Made by a program: the position numbers and the translations under genes
Notes under the pieces: generated by a model
What the model saw: the letters and a program-made list of their open reading frames with translations, nothing else
Told to the model about the DNA's origin: nothing
Database searches by the model: none
Origin: the human T2T-CHM13v2.0 reference genome, Homo sapiens
Direction: 5' to 3' (one strand)
DNA length: 64,000 nucleotides
Assembly (NCBI RefSeq): GCF_009914755.1
Contig: NC_060927.1
Shown: piece after piece, positions 13,613 to 27,285 of the stretch
How positions within the stretch are numbered: position 1 is the first letter of the stretch
Layout of the letters: each line of letters begins with the position of its first letter

Positions 13613-15853
13613 CTCCCTGACTCTTAAGAGGCATGCATGAACTTGTTTCTCACTTTGGACCTCATGGTTAATGGTAACGCTTGAGTGCTAACTAGGTTTC
13701 CTGTCCATCTGATTATGCTATTACTCGGTCTTTGTTTGATTATTTGGAATTACTTTGTGAGGTTATAGGGATACCCTTCCCAGCAGTCTCTTCCTTGAGT
13801 TCAAATGCAAAGCAAAATAGAGTTCTGTCTACCAAGAGGATTCCTTTTCACCCATCTTACACATTTTCCTGCTTGAGGGCTTGAACTTGGAAAAGCAATG
13901 TTTAAACATGTCTTTCATCTCCTCTTTTTCTTAACTTTCTCTTTTTTTTCTCCACAATCTGTCAGGACTGGAAATAGCTTATCCTCAGTTTTCTTCCTGT
14001 TTGGAAAAGAATTCCACTCTGTAAAGCTGTACGGTCATGTTGACAAGGGTTACCACTTTATATTTTAAATAAAAGAAAGATGATAAGAACATGAATGCAA
14101 ACTATTTTTATAGACAAACTCTAGTTTGCACGGTTGACTTTCTGGAGACTTTAAAATTTAATAGTAGTTGGAAAAAAAGAATCTTAACTGTAGTCATGCT
14201 GTAATTGCTGTAGTACCCTCCTGGCACTTCCCTAACCCCTGGCCTTGAAGTAGAACCATGCCTTGGGGCAATAAAGAAAAAAATATGTATAAGGAAATAT
14301 AAAGAGTAAAAAGCACATAAATATTTTAAAAATATTATTTGTTGCAAGGGTTTTTTTTTTTAAGTAGAGAAGGACGAAAAGATTTATAACCTAAAGAATT
14401 TGTCTAATTATTCTTTGTACACAAAGCTTTTCTCTAACAAAACTGGTATATGTGCAAGGCACAGTTTGGAGCAAAGCCAAAGCACTCGAATTCTGGCAAT
14501 ATAGCAGTACATCTGTTCCCAGGCTAATAGAAAGACTTGTGAAATCATAATTTCATATTTGAATCAATCACAGTTTCTTAATCAGTGATTAGGAAAAGGA
14601 GTGTCAGGATTTTAGTGACACTATTTCAGAAAGTGTCAGAGTACATGGCCTTTCAGGCCACATGGATATGAGCCAGAACCACCAGGGTGCCCATTACCTA
14701 AAACATTAACAGTCACCTTGGAAGCACAGATGCTGGGGCACCTGACCAACTCAAACTGCATTGCCTTTGTGTCTGCTTTCTAATAGAGACAGAGGCAGAC
14801 TATGCATGCATTGGCCTGCAGTCTCAGAGGGAGTTGGAAGATTTTTTTGCCAAGAAACAGAATCGAAATGAAAATTATATCTTAGAAAGGTCTTTGGAGG
14901 ATTTATATTAGGAACCTGATCTTTTCACTATCTACTAAGTTTATAATCTCATTACCTGACTCAAAGCATCCAGCATTTTGTTGAACCTCTGGAGCACAAT
15001 TAGGAAATGTCCCTTGGGGCCTGAGTTATTAGTGACCATGACATACAGATCTGTGCAACAAAGATCAGAAATTATGAATCTAGTTATACTATAGCATGGG
15101 AACGTCACATATATTATTATTCTGTGTTTGCATCCATGATTGCAAAACTCAATAAAATAGAATTGTCTTTCCTAGGATTTCAAGAACACATCTGTGTGCT
15201 ATTTCAGACTGTGCCAACTATGTCATACACACATGCATTTTTTTCAACCATTCAAGATTCAACAGAAATTTACTGAGTAGTTACTACATTTTAGGAACTA
15301 TTGAGGGTAGCAAAAACTTAGGTGCATTATGTACTGGATGGTGATTCCAGCATAACAATAATAGAGATTTTCTTCTTCTTCCTTCAAAACACGATTTCCT
15401 ACAAGGTAAGTTCATTAAACCTTGAGCAAATTATTTGCCAAGAAAGAAAAGAAGACCTCTAATAATGGAATATTTTCTAGTAGCAGAGTTTATAAAATTA
15501 TATAATGTTAGTTAACGAGGCAGATATTTCTACAAAAAATTATCTGATCTTACAACATCTTAGAATTGGAAAAGATTTTAAAAACCATTTAGTTTATCTC
15601 TTTAGAAGGCAGAATTCAGTAGACTATATGAAATTCAATGAGAAGGATTAGGCTTATTTTGTTTAGTTTCAAGGTATTCATTTGGCCCAGAATTGACACA
15701 GTTGAAACAAAATCATCTTTGATCTATTATTTCCCATCCAAAAGTATTTTCCTCTATGCCCACAAAAAAAGATTAGAAGGTAGGAGGGAAAAAAGCAATA
15801 CAATGGGGCAAAGTAAGACCTCACCTGATATAACAACATACAAAGGAAAGACA

Positions 15854-16530
15854 TTTTGGCAAATGTTATCCAAAGATAGCCATCATCAGTCCCTTTCCTT
15901 CTTATGTGCACATGTTGCCTTTCACATAAAAGGGCATATTAAAAGGTGTATCCCCTTCCCATAGATGGAGAGTAGGCTTAGTGACTTGCTTGAATAATAG
16001 ATCTTGGTGAAAATGATGTCTGGGACTTCCCAGGTCAAGTCATGAGATGCTTTAAAACTTCTGCTTTGTTGGCAAGCTCTTGGAAGACTTGCTCATGGAT
16101 TCTAGCTCAGGCCAGGTGCAGTGGCTCACATCTGTAATCAGCACTTTGGGAGGCCGAGGTGGGCAGATCACCTGAAGTCAGGAGTCTGAGACCAGCCTGG
16201 TCAACATGACAAAACCCCATCTCCACTAAAAAAAAAAAAAAAAAAGGATTCTTGCTCTTGAAATTCAAACACCATGCTTGCAGAAGAAGCCCAAGTCACA
16301 TATAGAGAGCATGTGTACTTTTCATACTTAAGTGCCTAACTAAACATCCAAACAGCAGCCAACATCAACTAGGTCAGTTTTCAGGTAATTCCAGTACCAG
16401 CATCATTTGACAAACACCACATGAAATATCCCAAGCAAGAAATGCTACATTGAGGCCAGTCAACCCAGAGAACCTCAGAATATAATGAGATGTTGTTTTA
16501 AGCCACTAAATTTTGATGTTGTTATGTAGT
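15854..16530 (+). mobile_element. MLT1G/H-like LTR interrupted by an Alu left monomer
   Basis: 'tccaaagatagcc', 'gtgacttgcttgaataatag', 'tgttgttttaagccactaaatttt'. Confidence 0.65.
16110..16245 (+). mobile_element. AluS-type left monomer with A tail
   Basis: Left arm only; TSD ggattct(a/t)gctc at 16097-16108 and 16246-16257. Confidence 0.92.
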
Positions 16531-18272
16531 CCCAGCTGTGTACATTCTAGGCCTAATCAATAACTTAGGATTAAATCAGAAGGTTTAGTCCTTCTCATGG
16601 AGTCTCACAGAATCTATTGAACATTGCTCTCCGAGAAGCTAAACTAGGTGATTCTTAAAGTCTCTTTCAACTCTAAGATTCTTTTAATAAATATGATTTT
16701 CTGTAGAAATATTATAATATCAGAATAAATGACCACTGGTCTTGAGGTTTAGATTTGTTGCCGAGGTGTCAAATGTTTAAAAATGTAATTAATTGTAATT
16801 GAAAACCTTTTCTCAAATTTAACAAAATATTTCTAATAAATATAAATACCCCAACACTCTGCCTAGACCCCAAACACCATACCATGTATCATTTATGTAC
16901 AGCAAGAATATGAAATCATGGTTTCTAGTATAATGAAAGGCAAATTTGGACATTGAGCAAAATTATTGTATGTAGTCAACAGTTTTTATTCATTTTCCCT
17001 TTCCTATAAAGCCCAGAATTCTGAAAGCCAGAATATCAGTGTTTTATATCTCTGTAGCTCTTGACTCACCATCTTCTTTATTCTGACATACTTGCTTCTT
17101 ACTGTTTTTAAAGAAAGCAGCATATATAGGATACTTTGTATTCAGAGCTGGATTAAAATCTCAGTTGTGAAACACAGTTGTATGATTTTTAAGTAAAATG
17201 CTTTTTAAACTTCTTTTGACATCATGGTTTTCATCTACAGTAGGAATTAAAAATTCTGTCTCCAATGCATTTTGTTAATTCTGATTTTTAGTTTGTTATC
17301 AATAAAGCTGTTTATCATCTTATAAAAAGTGAGCATTATGGTAAGACTATGGAGTGAATGAGACTGCCAATCCAACTGGAAATAACATGATCTTTTTAAT
17401 GTATCCCTCAAAGACTCCATCTCATTATATTATCACTTGTCACTGATGTCTTGCTAAATTTTCTTCGCTTTACCTACTTGTCTTTCTCTTCATAGCATTC
17501 TGCCCAAATTCTAGAATCAGCTAGCATTACTGGCTGAATTAATAACCATTTTACCTTCTGAAAGCTTTGCCTATGATTATTTTTTCCACCTCTATGTTAT
17601 CGGGAATTTATATGTTGCTTAGGCCAGAATAGGTGCTCAATGAGTATTTTTAGAATAAGTGAATGAGATGCAAGTGTGATAGAGACATGACTAAATGACC
17701 TATTTGTTACTCATTGTGAATTAGATGAGATAATTTATTAAATAATTCCGGTTCTAATTCTAGCACATAGTTGAAGATGTCAGAAGGTATTCGTTTCCTT
17801 ATTGACTCTTTAGTTCCTTTTAAATGAATGCTGTTGTTTCTATTTAAGAAATTACAGCAATAAAGAAAAAGTTTTGGGAAAAAGAGACTTCCTGGTACTT
17901 CTAAAATATACCATCTGGGGAGTCACCTAATTTCTTATGGGATGGAAAAAACTTCTCACAGGGCAACAGTGTTTAGTTTTCTAGGCAAAATGATTCTGTG
18001 AATACAGTATTCTATGATTCCGTATCCCTTTTGCCACTTTTGCTTGCATTCACTGGTAATCTTCAGAATAGTGAGTATTGTTCAAATTCTAGAATATTTT
18101 TCCTCAGGAAAAGACAACAATTATATAACAGCATGGCATTCCCAATTTTTGGAATAAAATACTGAAAAATAATTTAAACTGCATCTTCTTAGCGTAGTTA
18201 TTCCATTTTAATTTCTATTATCAGGATACTTGAAGAACTTCACTGTGAGATCAAGCTGGTATTGTGGGTGGT

Positions 18273-18841
18273 TGTTGGAGGCCGAAAGAGCGAGGGTTGT
18301 GATCAACTTGGTGTACCACTGGAGGCTATATGAATAAACAGCAAACTGTTTGTCATAAATGCAGAATGCTGGCAAACTGACAAACTGCATCTGCCACCCA
18401 GAAGGAATGCTGAGGGCAGTCACACCCCCAAGCGCAGTGTTTCTTGCAATTAGGTACATCTGAAGCCTTTTAGTAATAATATGAACCTGTTATCAATTAA
18501 GCAGCTGACCAATCATTACCTCCTCCTCCCTGCTCTTGCTACCCAATAAACAGAAAGGGCTGTGGAAGCTCAGGGGCTGCTTTTGATCACTAGAAGCAGG
18601 GAGCTCTCTTCTTCTTGCCCGGTTCCCCCTCCCTTTAAAACAGTTTCTTTTGTCTTAAGTTTTCATTTCTATGTTCGTCCCTTTGTTCAGTCTCGTAGTG
18701 ACCTAGTCACAGTCTCAAGTAGTAACAATAATAACTGTCGTAATGTCATCTCAAGTAGTAACAGTAGTAACTGTCACAGTGATGGTCTCAAATAGTAACT
18801 CTTGCAGTGAAGATCTCAAGTAACCGTGGCAGTCTGCCACA
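18273..18841 (+). mobile_element. LTR3-family solo LTR (HERV-K HML-6 group)
   Basis: TG...CA ends, 'ggaggccgaaaga...ccactggaggctatatga..aaacagcaaactgttt', perfect 6-bp TSD ggtggt. Confidence 0.85.
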
Positions 18842-20039
18842 GGTGGTGGTTAAGATCTTTTGTTTTTAGGCACAGAGATTTCGGCAGGAGATGGTCTTTC
18901 TTTCTTGTTCTCTCTCTCCCTCTCTCTTTTTTTTTCAGCCATAGTTTGTTTCTGGTAGAATCTTTGCCTTCAGAGAAATTGTGTTCCCCCATACCAGAGT
19001 TCCATCTCAAAAAAATTAGATTCAACTGTGCTTCTGGAATCTTTGCCAAAGACACAAAGATTTTTGTTAGCTAGTGTCTTTTGGATTTAGATCTTCTCCT
19101 TTGACTTTTAAATTTTCTCCTTTGATTCACTACTGTCCTTGCACAGCTTTGGAAATGATCCAAGGTAGCTTGCAAAAGTGCAAAAAAAATGATAAACTGA
19201 ATGATTATATGTAACTTTGCCGTTTTTCGTTTCATAGCACCATTAAAGACTCAGACACGGGGAATTCAGTGGGACTTGCTGGGAAAAATATGCTATTTCC
19301 TATGTTTGGCAACTAATACTGGTTGGTCATTTTTGTTAGCACATATTTAGCCTGATAGCAGTTTATAGACAGAAATGGGATGGGCACACATGTCCTTGCT
19401 GTTTTAGCAGATCCACCCAATAAGCCTACTTATGATACAACACTCAGCACTTTCAGGATTTTTCTCTTAGACTTTGTCTTAATATATTATTGATGAATTT
19501 GAGGCAATCATTTCACAAGCTTGTACTAGATAAGAATTCTGTCATCTAGGAAGAGACTCTTTGAAGAAATCGGCCCTAGAATATTTATTTTACAACACAG
19601 AAAAACTCTAAATATTAGCATTATGTTTAATGTTCCTTTGCAGCCTCTAATCCCTTGAGCCAGCTTACTCCCATAAACAGCTGTAGGGAAGTCTAGATGA
19701 GACTGGTATACAATGAATTTTAGAAAAAGAATTGTACAGACCCCCCTCCAAAGAAAACAAATATTATTCATGTAGAACAGGACTGCTGTTCAATAAAGAT
19801 TACTGAAGCAGAAAATAAGCAAGGACTCAGCATTTTTTGAAACTAGCTGATATGTGTACTGTATGCTTTCATTATCACAAAGAAAGAGAAAAGGTTATTT
19901 CCATTTTTGCAGAGTACTAACCTCTTTACCTCTGGCCCACATCAAGCTTGGAAAATAGAAAAATCAATTTATAAAGATAAACATAAACCCTTTTATCTTT
20001 TCTCTATTGGGCTGAGCCAGTGAGATGGAATGAATAGCA

Positions 20040-20147
20040 TTATATATATACATATATGTGTGTGTGTATATATATATATATACACACACACATATATATA
20101 TACACACACATATATATACACATACACACACACACACAAACACACAC
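20040..20147. repeat. Compound (TA)/(TG)/(CA) microsatellite
   Basis: Direct inspection. Confidence 0.95.
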
Positions 20148-21338
20148 TATCCTTAAGTTACACAATGTGTACATGAATTTTCTATCTAACTTAAAATGCA
20201 TGTATGTCAGAAATATACATGTAAGACTGATATATGACCATGTCTATAAAATTCATACTTTGTAATGTTTATAAACTAACATCTATCTGGAATGTTGTCG
20301 GTAAACATCACCATTTTTTCTTGGCAACATGTTGCATTTCTGCCCCTGGAACTCTACAGGCATGACAACACTTTCTGAAAAGCAATGAGAAATGCACACG
20401 TGAAAGTGCTATAAACCTGGCAGATCAAATAAAGACAATAAAACTAATGCGAAGGTGCTAGAAAGGTAACTGGGTTTTGAGTTTTCTGTATTTTCCCTTC
20501 CACAAAAGAGTCAGCGTACTGTATTCTAAGATGCTTTGAATTGAAGCACAGCATTTTTCTTTCCTTTCTGGATAAACTGTGATTGCCATTTTCTTTTTTC
20601 TAAATCAAACCTTTCTTAGGCTCATTTGAAAAATTTGTTCTGGCAAGAACTGCCTCCCTTTTCAATAATAGGGGGCAACATTTTTATAGAGCTTTCCACG
20701 GCCTCTGCATGAGTAAAATTTTTTGTAAAAATATTTTTATGAAAGTATATAAAATACACAAAGGGAAGAAATATACCTCTTGATGACAGAGAGAAGAGTA
20801 AAGGAGAGACTGTGGACTCTTTTTCTTTGCTCACTCTGCAAAGTTAAGTAGGTCCTGCTCGCACACAAATAGCTAAATAAATGAAATATTTTCCTTTACA
20901 TACTCCCATTATTTATCAGGGTATTGCATACAGAAGTAACACTGCAAGTAGCCAATATACGATACAACTCAGGAAACACTGAAATCTCCACATATGTGTA
21001 AGTTAATCCATCTGACCCTATAACTTAAGGCTAAGGAGAACATTGGCTTTTGTCTGCATAAGAAAAGAAATATTGGAGAGCATATGAATTATGGTTCTAT
21101 CTGTGTGTCTTACCCTTCCCAATAAACAGATATTTACTGAACATTTATGTGCCAGGCAGTGTGTTAAGTGTGGTGATCACAATAGTGAGTAGAAGGAATT
21201 TGATCTTTGCTTTCAGGAAGCTTACAAACAATGATAGTATCTTACTTTAAGGGATTATAACCCTATTAGAACTCTAACAGGCAACAAAAAGTGGAAAGAT
21301 TTTATAATTTTAATGTGCACTCATGTCAACTTACAGCT

Positions 21339-21878
21339 TGTCAAAGATAAATGAAGCTGAACACTAGTAAGAACAGATTTTAATCAGTAATAACTATTGC
21401 AGTAGGGAAATGAGTCCAGCATGAACTGAACTCAACTTTGACTTGTATAGAGGTAAATGCATATCTTGAAAGGAAAATTAAGGAGTAGAAAGTGGGTCGA
21501 GTAGGGGCTTAGCAGAGTTAGGGAAGTGAAAAATGACACAGGATCGATCAGTGTAGATGCCATTAGAAAAGCAATATCTACCAGCTGGCAATAATCAAGG
21601 ACAGGATTCATCTTTTCACAAAGAATGGAACACAGAGGCCCCAGTCGGCATCCTCAAGTGTTGGCTAGAACAAACAGTAAAAATTTTTTGGCAGCCTTGA
21701 GTTTTCTTAGCAGGCAATTTAAGGGTGGTTACTAGGATCGTATTAGGGAGGTGGTCTTGAGCTGTTAGAAACTGTGTTAGGGTTTACTCGAGTCTTTGTA
21801 GGCCAAAGTTGAGGCTTAGTTGAGAAGAGGGCTCAAAGAAGTCTGGCTGGAGTTTGGTCAAGGAGAGAATCTTTGTCA
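21339..21878 (-). mobile_element. ERV1 solo LTR (MER39/MER34-like)
   Basis: Reverse complement starts tgacaaagattctctccttgaccaaactc; ends tgaca; 4-bp TSD agct / aact. Confidence 0.7.
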
Positions 21879-24555
21879 AACTTTGCGTGTAAGAGAGGGC
21901 ACCTTTCTCAGTTTTCAGCTGAACAAAAGTAGATAAATTAGCACCTCTCTGAGTCCCAGTTTTCTCATCTGTACAGAAAGGCTAGTGGTATCTACCTAGA
22001 GGATTATTCTGAGGAAAATGTCATCATGTATTTGAAAATTTAGGATTATTTCTTGATGGAAAAATTTGTGGATGTTTTATGTATTTCCCTGCCTTTCTGC
22101 TCTGCCAGTGGTAGTCTGTAGGGCATTTTTCCTTTTAAGCATAACCAAAGGCAGAAACAAATACTCAAGAAAACATTTGCCCTAAGGTCTAAATAAAAAG
22201 AAATGAATGTAAGTTTGCAAAGTAAGTTTTTCTATCTCAAAGGCTACATAACAATGAGCCTGAGAGAAGGGGAAGACAAGATGAATGTCTCTGAGTGATC
22301 TGACTCCTTCATGAGGGAAGGGTGAAAATAATCTTTTGTCAGAAGGCTAAGGGAAAAACATGGAAGGAACGCAGGGCTCCTGAGCTATCCTCCAATATGG
22401 GATGCTTCCTCCATTTCCCGCAGACAACACTACCATGCACCTGTCTTAGATGCCTGTGAATTCCCTTTAACTGAGGGTGGCAGAATGAAATGTTTTGTTT
22501 TGTTTTGTTTTGAAAAATGAAGACATGAAAAGAAAAGAACTCTCATCTCTTAACCAAGACGGAATTTAGAATTTCTATATAAACTGAGGCAATAAGGCCA
22601 TACAACAAATGTTATAACTAAATTACTGAATACATAGTAAAATATAATTAATGTGTTAATATTGTTTCAGACTAGTGTGTTTCTCTGCTTCCCCACCCCT
22701 AACTCAGTCAACATTCTGTGCACTTGTTTACCCCAATCCTTCACAAGTCAAGTATGACCAGGAGCACAGTTCGCAAATATGCTGCTTGTTCTTCCCTGTT
22801 GAGGACATCTGCCATGTTTGCTCTTCACTGTGGCAGCAATGTTCTCACATGAATGGGCCACAGCATGGGTGAGCCATTTGGTGCTTCCCTTCTCAGTGAT
22901 CATGGAGGTATGTGGAACATTCAATTTAGCAGTAGCCATCCCTGCCTCTTACAGAGACTGCTAACATGAACAGATGGACCTTTCTACAACCCAGGTGGCC
23001 GCCCTATACAGATACAGCTTAAAAGAATTCTTCTTGGAAATGGTTGTGCCTTGCTTTCTGTGAAACTCAGTTTCAGGTGGGAAACTGCTTCAATCCAAAA
23101 GACAAAACCTTCCAAAAGCACTGGTATCTAGTCACATTGATTTCTCTTTTTTCTGAGGACAGAACCACCATCTGTTTTATGTCACAAGTATCATATGAGA
23201 GAAAAGAGTATACAAAAGGAAAAAATATGTATGTATATATATACATACAAACACACAGTCTATTTATGCGTAGTTTAAATACCCAGAGGTTTCAGTCGTC
23301 ATCAAAATACTGTTATTTGCCATTCTCTTTGATTCGGCCTCTGTTTTACGAAGCGCCTTTAGAAATTTGTGCTCATTTGAAAAGTCTTATTCTTATGAGG
23401 TCTAAGCTTAAATATCTTGTGTTTCTTCCTTAAAGAGAGACAAGGGTGGGGAAGAGAGTTACAACGTTCAATCAAGAAATATTTCGTAGACAAAAATATT
23501 TCAAAAAAAATTCAGACTTTGGACTCCTCAGCATGGGTTGGTCCGAATAAAGCACAAAGCTTTTGTTTGCTTCTATTTGCCAACTCACATAAGGACTTGG
23601 TAATGACATTCTTTCAAACCCATCTGGTGATTTAGCCAGGACTGTTGAAAAGCTTCAGTTAAAATTCTGAAGAAGAGATATAAACTGTGCTGTCATAGGA
23701 CACTGTCAGCTAGTTCCTTTTTTTTTTCTGCACACTTTTGGGCAGAACTTATATAATAAAACTTGGTAGAAAACAGTTCTTTAAAAAGTAGCTTTATTAT
23801 TGCTTAAACTGGATAATCTCACTTTCTGTCTTTTGCTTTCAGGTCTTATTCCAGCCCTAAAACAGACTTGTAGAGCTTAGATTAGTCCTTTCAGAGATAA
23901 AATTAAATGTAGGGCAGGGCTGGAATTGTATATACAAATAATGTTATGGGATTCTGTAATTGAGCTTCCTCTGAGTTTCATCTTAAAACAGAAGAAATAA
24001 CATAATAGTCCAATAAAACAAATGATAAAGAATGAGCTACAGTGCTTTTCTCTCCAAACTTCCAGATTGGAGAACCCATAGTGCTGGTATAGTTGTTAAT
24101 CTGGCCGTGTTCCACACCAGCTTTGGGACTTTGGAAATATCAATTCTTCTTCCTAGTCTTTATTGTTGAATTATGTGATTCATAAAGTTCATAAATATGA
24201 GGAAGGAATTTAAGTAACGCAATACTTAGAGGAAAAAAAAATCAGTTGATCCTGAAATCTGAAGATCTTAGCTCTTCAAGTCATAAGTTTAAGATTGACA
24301 CCAGTATGGAGAAGGATCTCTCAGGTTAACAAATTTAAATGGATATTAAAATTTTAATTTTTACTTAAAGAATCATTTTTTTACTACAAAACTTTCATTC
24401 TCCAATACTCTCCATACTTTTGGATGATTTTTACTTTTACTTTAAGATCAATTATTGGATGTCTATAATTTATTTCTTTTCAACTAGGCTGATAATTCTT
24501 TGAGATCAGAAGGCAAAGCACATTTATCTTTATATTCTCAGCAAGTAGTACTGTA

Positions 24556-24891
24556 CAACAGGGCCTCTGTATCTGTGGGTTCTGCATCCATGGATTCACC
24601 CAAACATAGATTGAAAATATTTGGAAACAAAAGGATGATTGTGTCCGAACAGAACATGTACAGACTCGTTTTCTTCTTTTTATTATTCCTTAAACAATAC
24701 AACAATTATTGACATAGCACTTTTATTGTATTAGGCATTATAAGTAATCTAGAGATAAAGCGTATTGGAGGATGTGCATAGGCTGTATGCGAATACTATA
24801 CCACTTTATATCAGGGACTTGAGCATCTGCAAATTTTGTTTTCTGCAGGGGGTCCTGAAACCAATCCTTCGTGGATACCCAGGGACAATTC
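24556..24891. mobile_element. MER2 (Tigger-derived MITE)
   Basis: 'gtatctgtgggttctgcatccatggattca...ggggtcctgaaaccaatcc..gtggatac.cagggac'; TA-flanked. Confidence 0.85.
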
Positions 24892-25765
24892 TATCTGGTA
24901 GGTAGTAAGGGCACAATATTTATTTAATTCAACCATCCACAGATGTTTGTGGAAACAATTTGTTCACAAGACGTAGTGGGAATAAAGGCAATGCAAGACA
25001 GAGGCCATCCTTAAAATAACTTACAGAATAAAACACAGCAAGATTTTATTAAAATACCATGAAACAATTATCTGAACCTGTTTATGGTTTTGGCATTTTC
25101 ATTGTTCTTCTGACTCTGTCCTTATTTAGATCTTCTTTTAATATTTAATAATGCTACATGTGCTGTTCATGAGATAGCCTTTTGGTGTTCCCTTTTTTCT
25201 ATTATTTACTGCATCTCTATGCTTTCATGAACCAGTTTCTTCATACCACTTCCTTTGTGCCATCTTGACTTGTCCCTGACTTGCCATACTTTATTAACTC
25301 CCTTCTTTATGCTTTTTCATTTATCTACTTGTCTATTCTTCTCTCCTTATCTCTATTTCTCTCCACATCCCTCCTCACACCAAATATTGCATTTTGAAAA
25401 CTATTTCTGAAATTATTTCTTTGTGTAAGAAAATCAGCAGTTAAACCAAACACTAGATGTTAAGGAAAACGCATTAATCATAGTAACCTCTTTGTTAGAT
25501 TGAAGGCTTCACGAATAACTGTTCTACCTGAGTAATTTAGTAAGGTAATTAGAAGTCTCTGGGTTTAAGATTTCAGATTGCCACTTCATTTTCCATTTCC
25601 TGATACCCTTTGTTCATCTCTGCTAGTCTGCTGCTTCCGGCCACCTGCTCCAGTTTTATAAAGCCTACATCTTCTACTCCTTTCAGGTGCATACATTTCT
25701 GATTTCTAAACAAGTAACTCTTTTTTCTTATTTTCATAATCATAACTTTTTCAGATTTATGTCCT

Positions 25766-26121
25766 TGCAATGGACTGAATTGTGTCCAGTCCACAAATTC
25801 ATATATTGAAGGCTTAACCCACAATTTGACTTAGTATTTGGAGATAGGGCCGTTAGGAGATAATTTTGATGAAATGAGGTCACAAGAGTGGGGTCCTAAT
25901 CCACATAAAAAGACCCTTATAAAAAGAGGAAGAGACATCAGAGCTCTCTTTCTCTGCCATATGGGGACACAAGAAGTCGACTATCTGCAATCCAGAAGAG
26001 CCCTCAACAGAAACTGACCCTTGGATTTGCCAGACCAAGAAACTATGAGAAAATATATTTCTGTTGTTTAAGTTATCCAGTAGATGGTATTTTGTTATTG
26101 CAGCCTGAGCTGACCAGTGCA
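25766..26121 (+). mobile_element. MLT1A/MLT1A0-like solo LTR
   Basis: 'tgcaatggactgaattgtgtcc...gtattttgttattgcagcctgagctgac'. Confidence 0.85.
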
Positions 26122-26600
26122 GTTATTTTTTCTGAATTTTCTGACTAACTACTTTGTAATTTGTATCTCTTTGGAATAAGGTTGTTGTGGCACTTTCCCC
26201 TCATTTTAAAAATATTTGAAAATTAATTCTCATCTGGAGATTAGTTGCCCTTGAGTAAGTTTATTGCCCTTTCTCTGATGCAGAGGTTGGAGGCTATATT
26301 AATATGCAGAGTCCTTAGTTCACTTACAGTATGTCATCACTTGTGCTACTCAATTTAATTTCATCTGAAATGAAATTGGTGAATATCCTTCCAAACTCTC
26401 GTGAAACAATTTTAGCGGAGATGAATTAAGTTGAGTAACATACACACAACAGAGTTACTGAGATAGGACACAGAAAGGACAACAGTCTGGCCTTCCCACA
26501 GAGACAATAATTGACTTTCAAAGTAGGTTCCTGTATTTCTCTTTTCGTAAGTTCCTCCTGAGTATTTTAATGGATAATTGGTTGCAAATGATAATAGTAA

Positions 26601-27027
26601 TGAGTCTTAGTCTATTTGTGTTCCTATAGAAGAATATCACAGGCTGGGTAATTTATAAAGAAAAAAGATTTATTTGGCTCAGGGTTCTGCAGATTCTACA
26701 AGAAGCATGGCATCAGCATCTGCCTCTGGTGAGGGGTTCAGGCTGCTTCCACTCATGGCGGAAGGTGAAGGGAATCTGGTCTGTGTAGAGATCACATGAT
26801 AAGAGAGAAAGCAAAAGAGAGAGGGAGGAGGTGCCAGGCTCATTTTAACAACCAGCTGTCATGGGAACGAATAGAATGAGAACTCCGTCATTACCACGAG
26901 GACTGCACCAAGTCACTCATGACAGATCCACCTCCATGACCGAAACATTTCCCATTAGGCCTCACCTGCTACATTGGGGATCAAATTTCAACATGAAGTT
27001 TGCAGGACAAACATCCAAACTATGGCA
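26601..27027 (-). mobile_element. MST (MSTB/C-like) solo LTR
   Basis: 'gtcttagtc...aggctgggtaatttataaagaaaa...catccaaactatggca'. Confidence 0.85.
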
Positions 27028-27039
27028 ACAAGTTAATAT

Positions 27040-27285
27040 TCATTGGTGCTTATTATTTGACAAGCACTGTTAAATGCTTTAAAAGCAGTACAATATACAA
27101 TTCTTCTAATAATTCGATGTGAGCCACATTGATAATATTATTACTAGTCCCATTTTATAAATGAGGAAGGTGAGCCATAAAAAGGTTTTGTAATTTTCTC
27201 TAACTCACACAATTAACAAATGACAGAGCTGGGATTTGACCCTCATGAGTCTGACTCCAGAGTCTATCATTTTAATCACTGTCTT
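27040..27285 (-). mobile_element. MIR
   Basis: 'cccattttataaatgaggaa', 'cagagctgggatttgaccc', 'tctgactccagag'. Confidence 0.75.
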
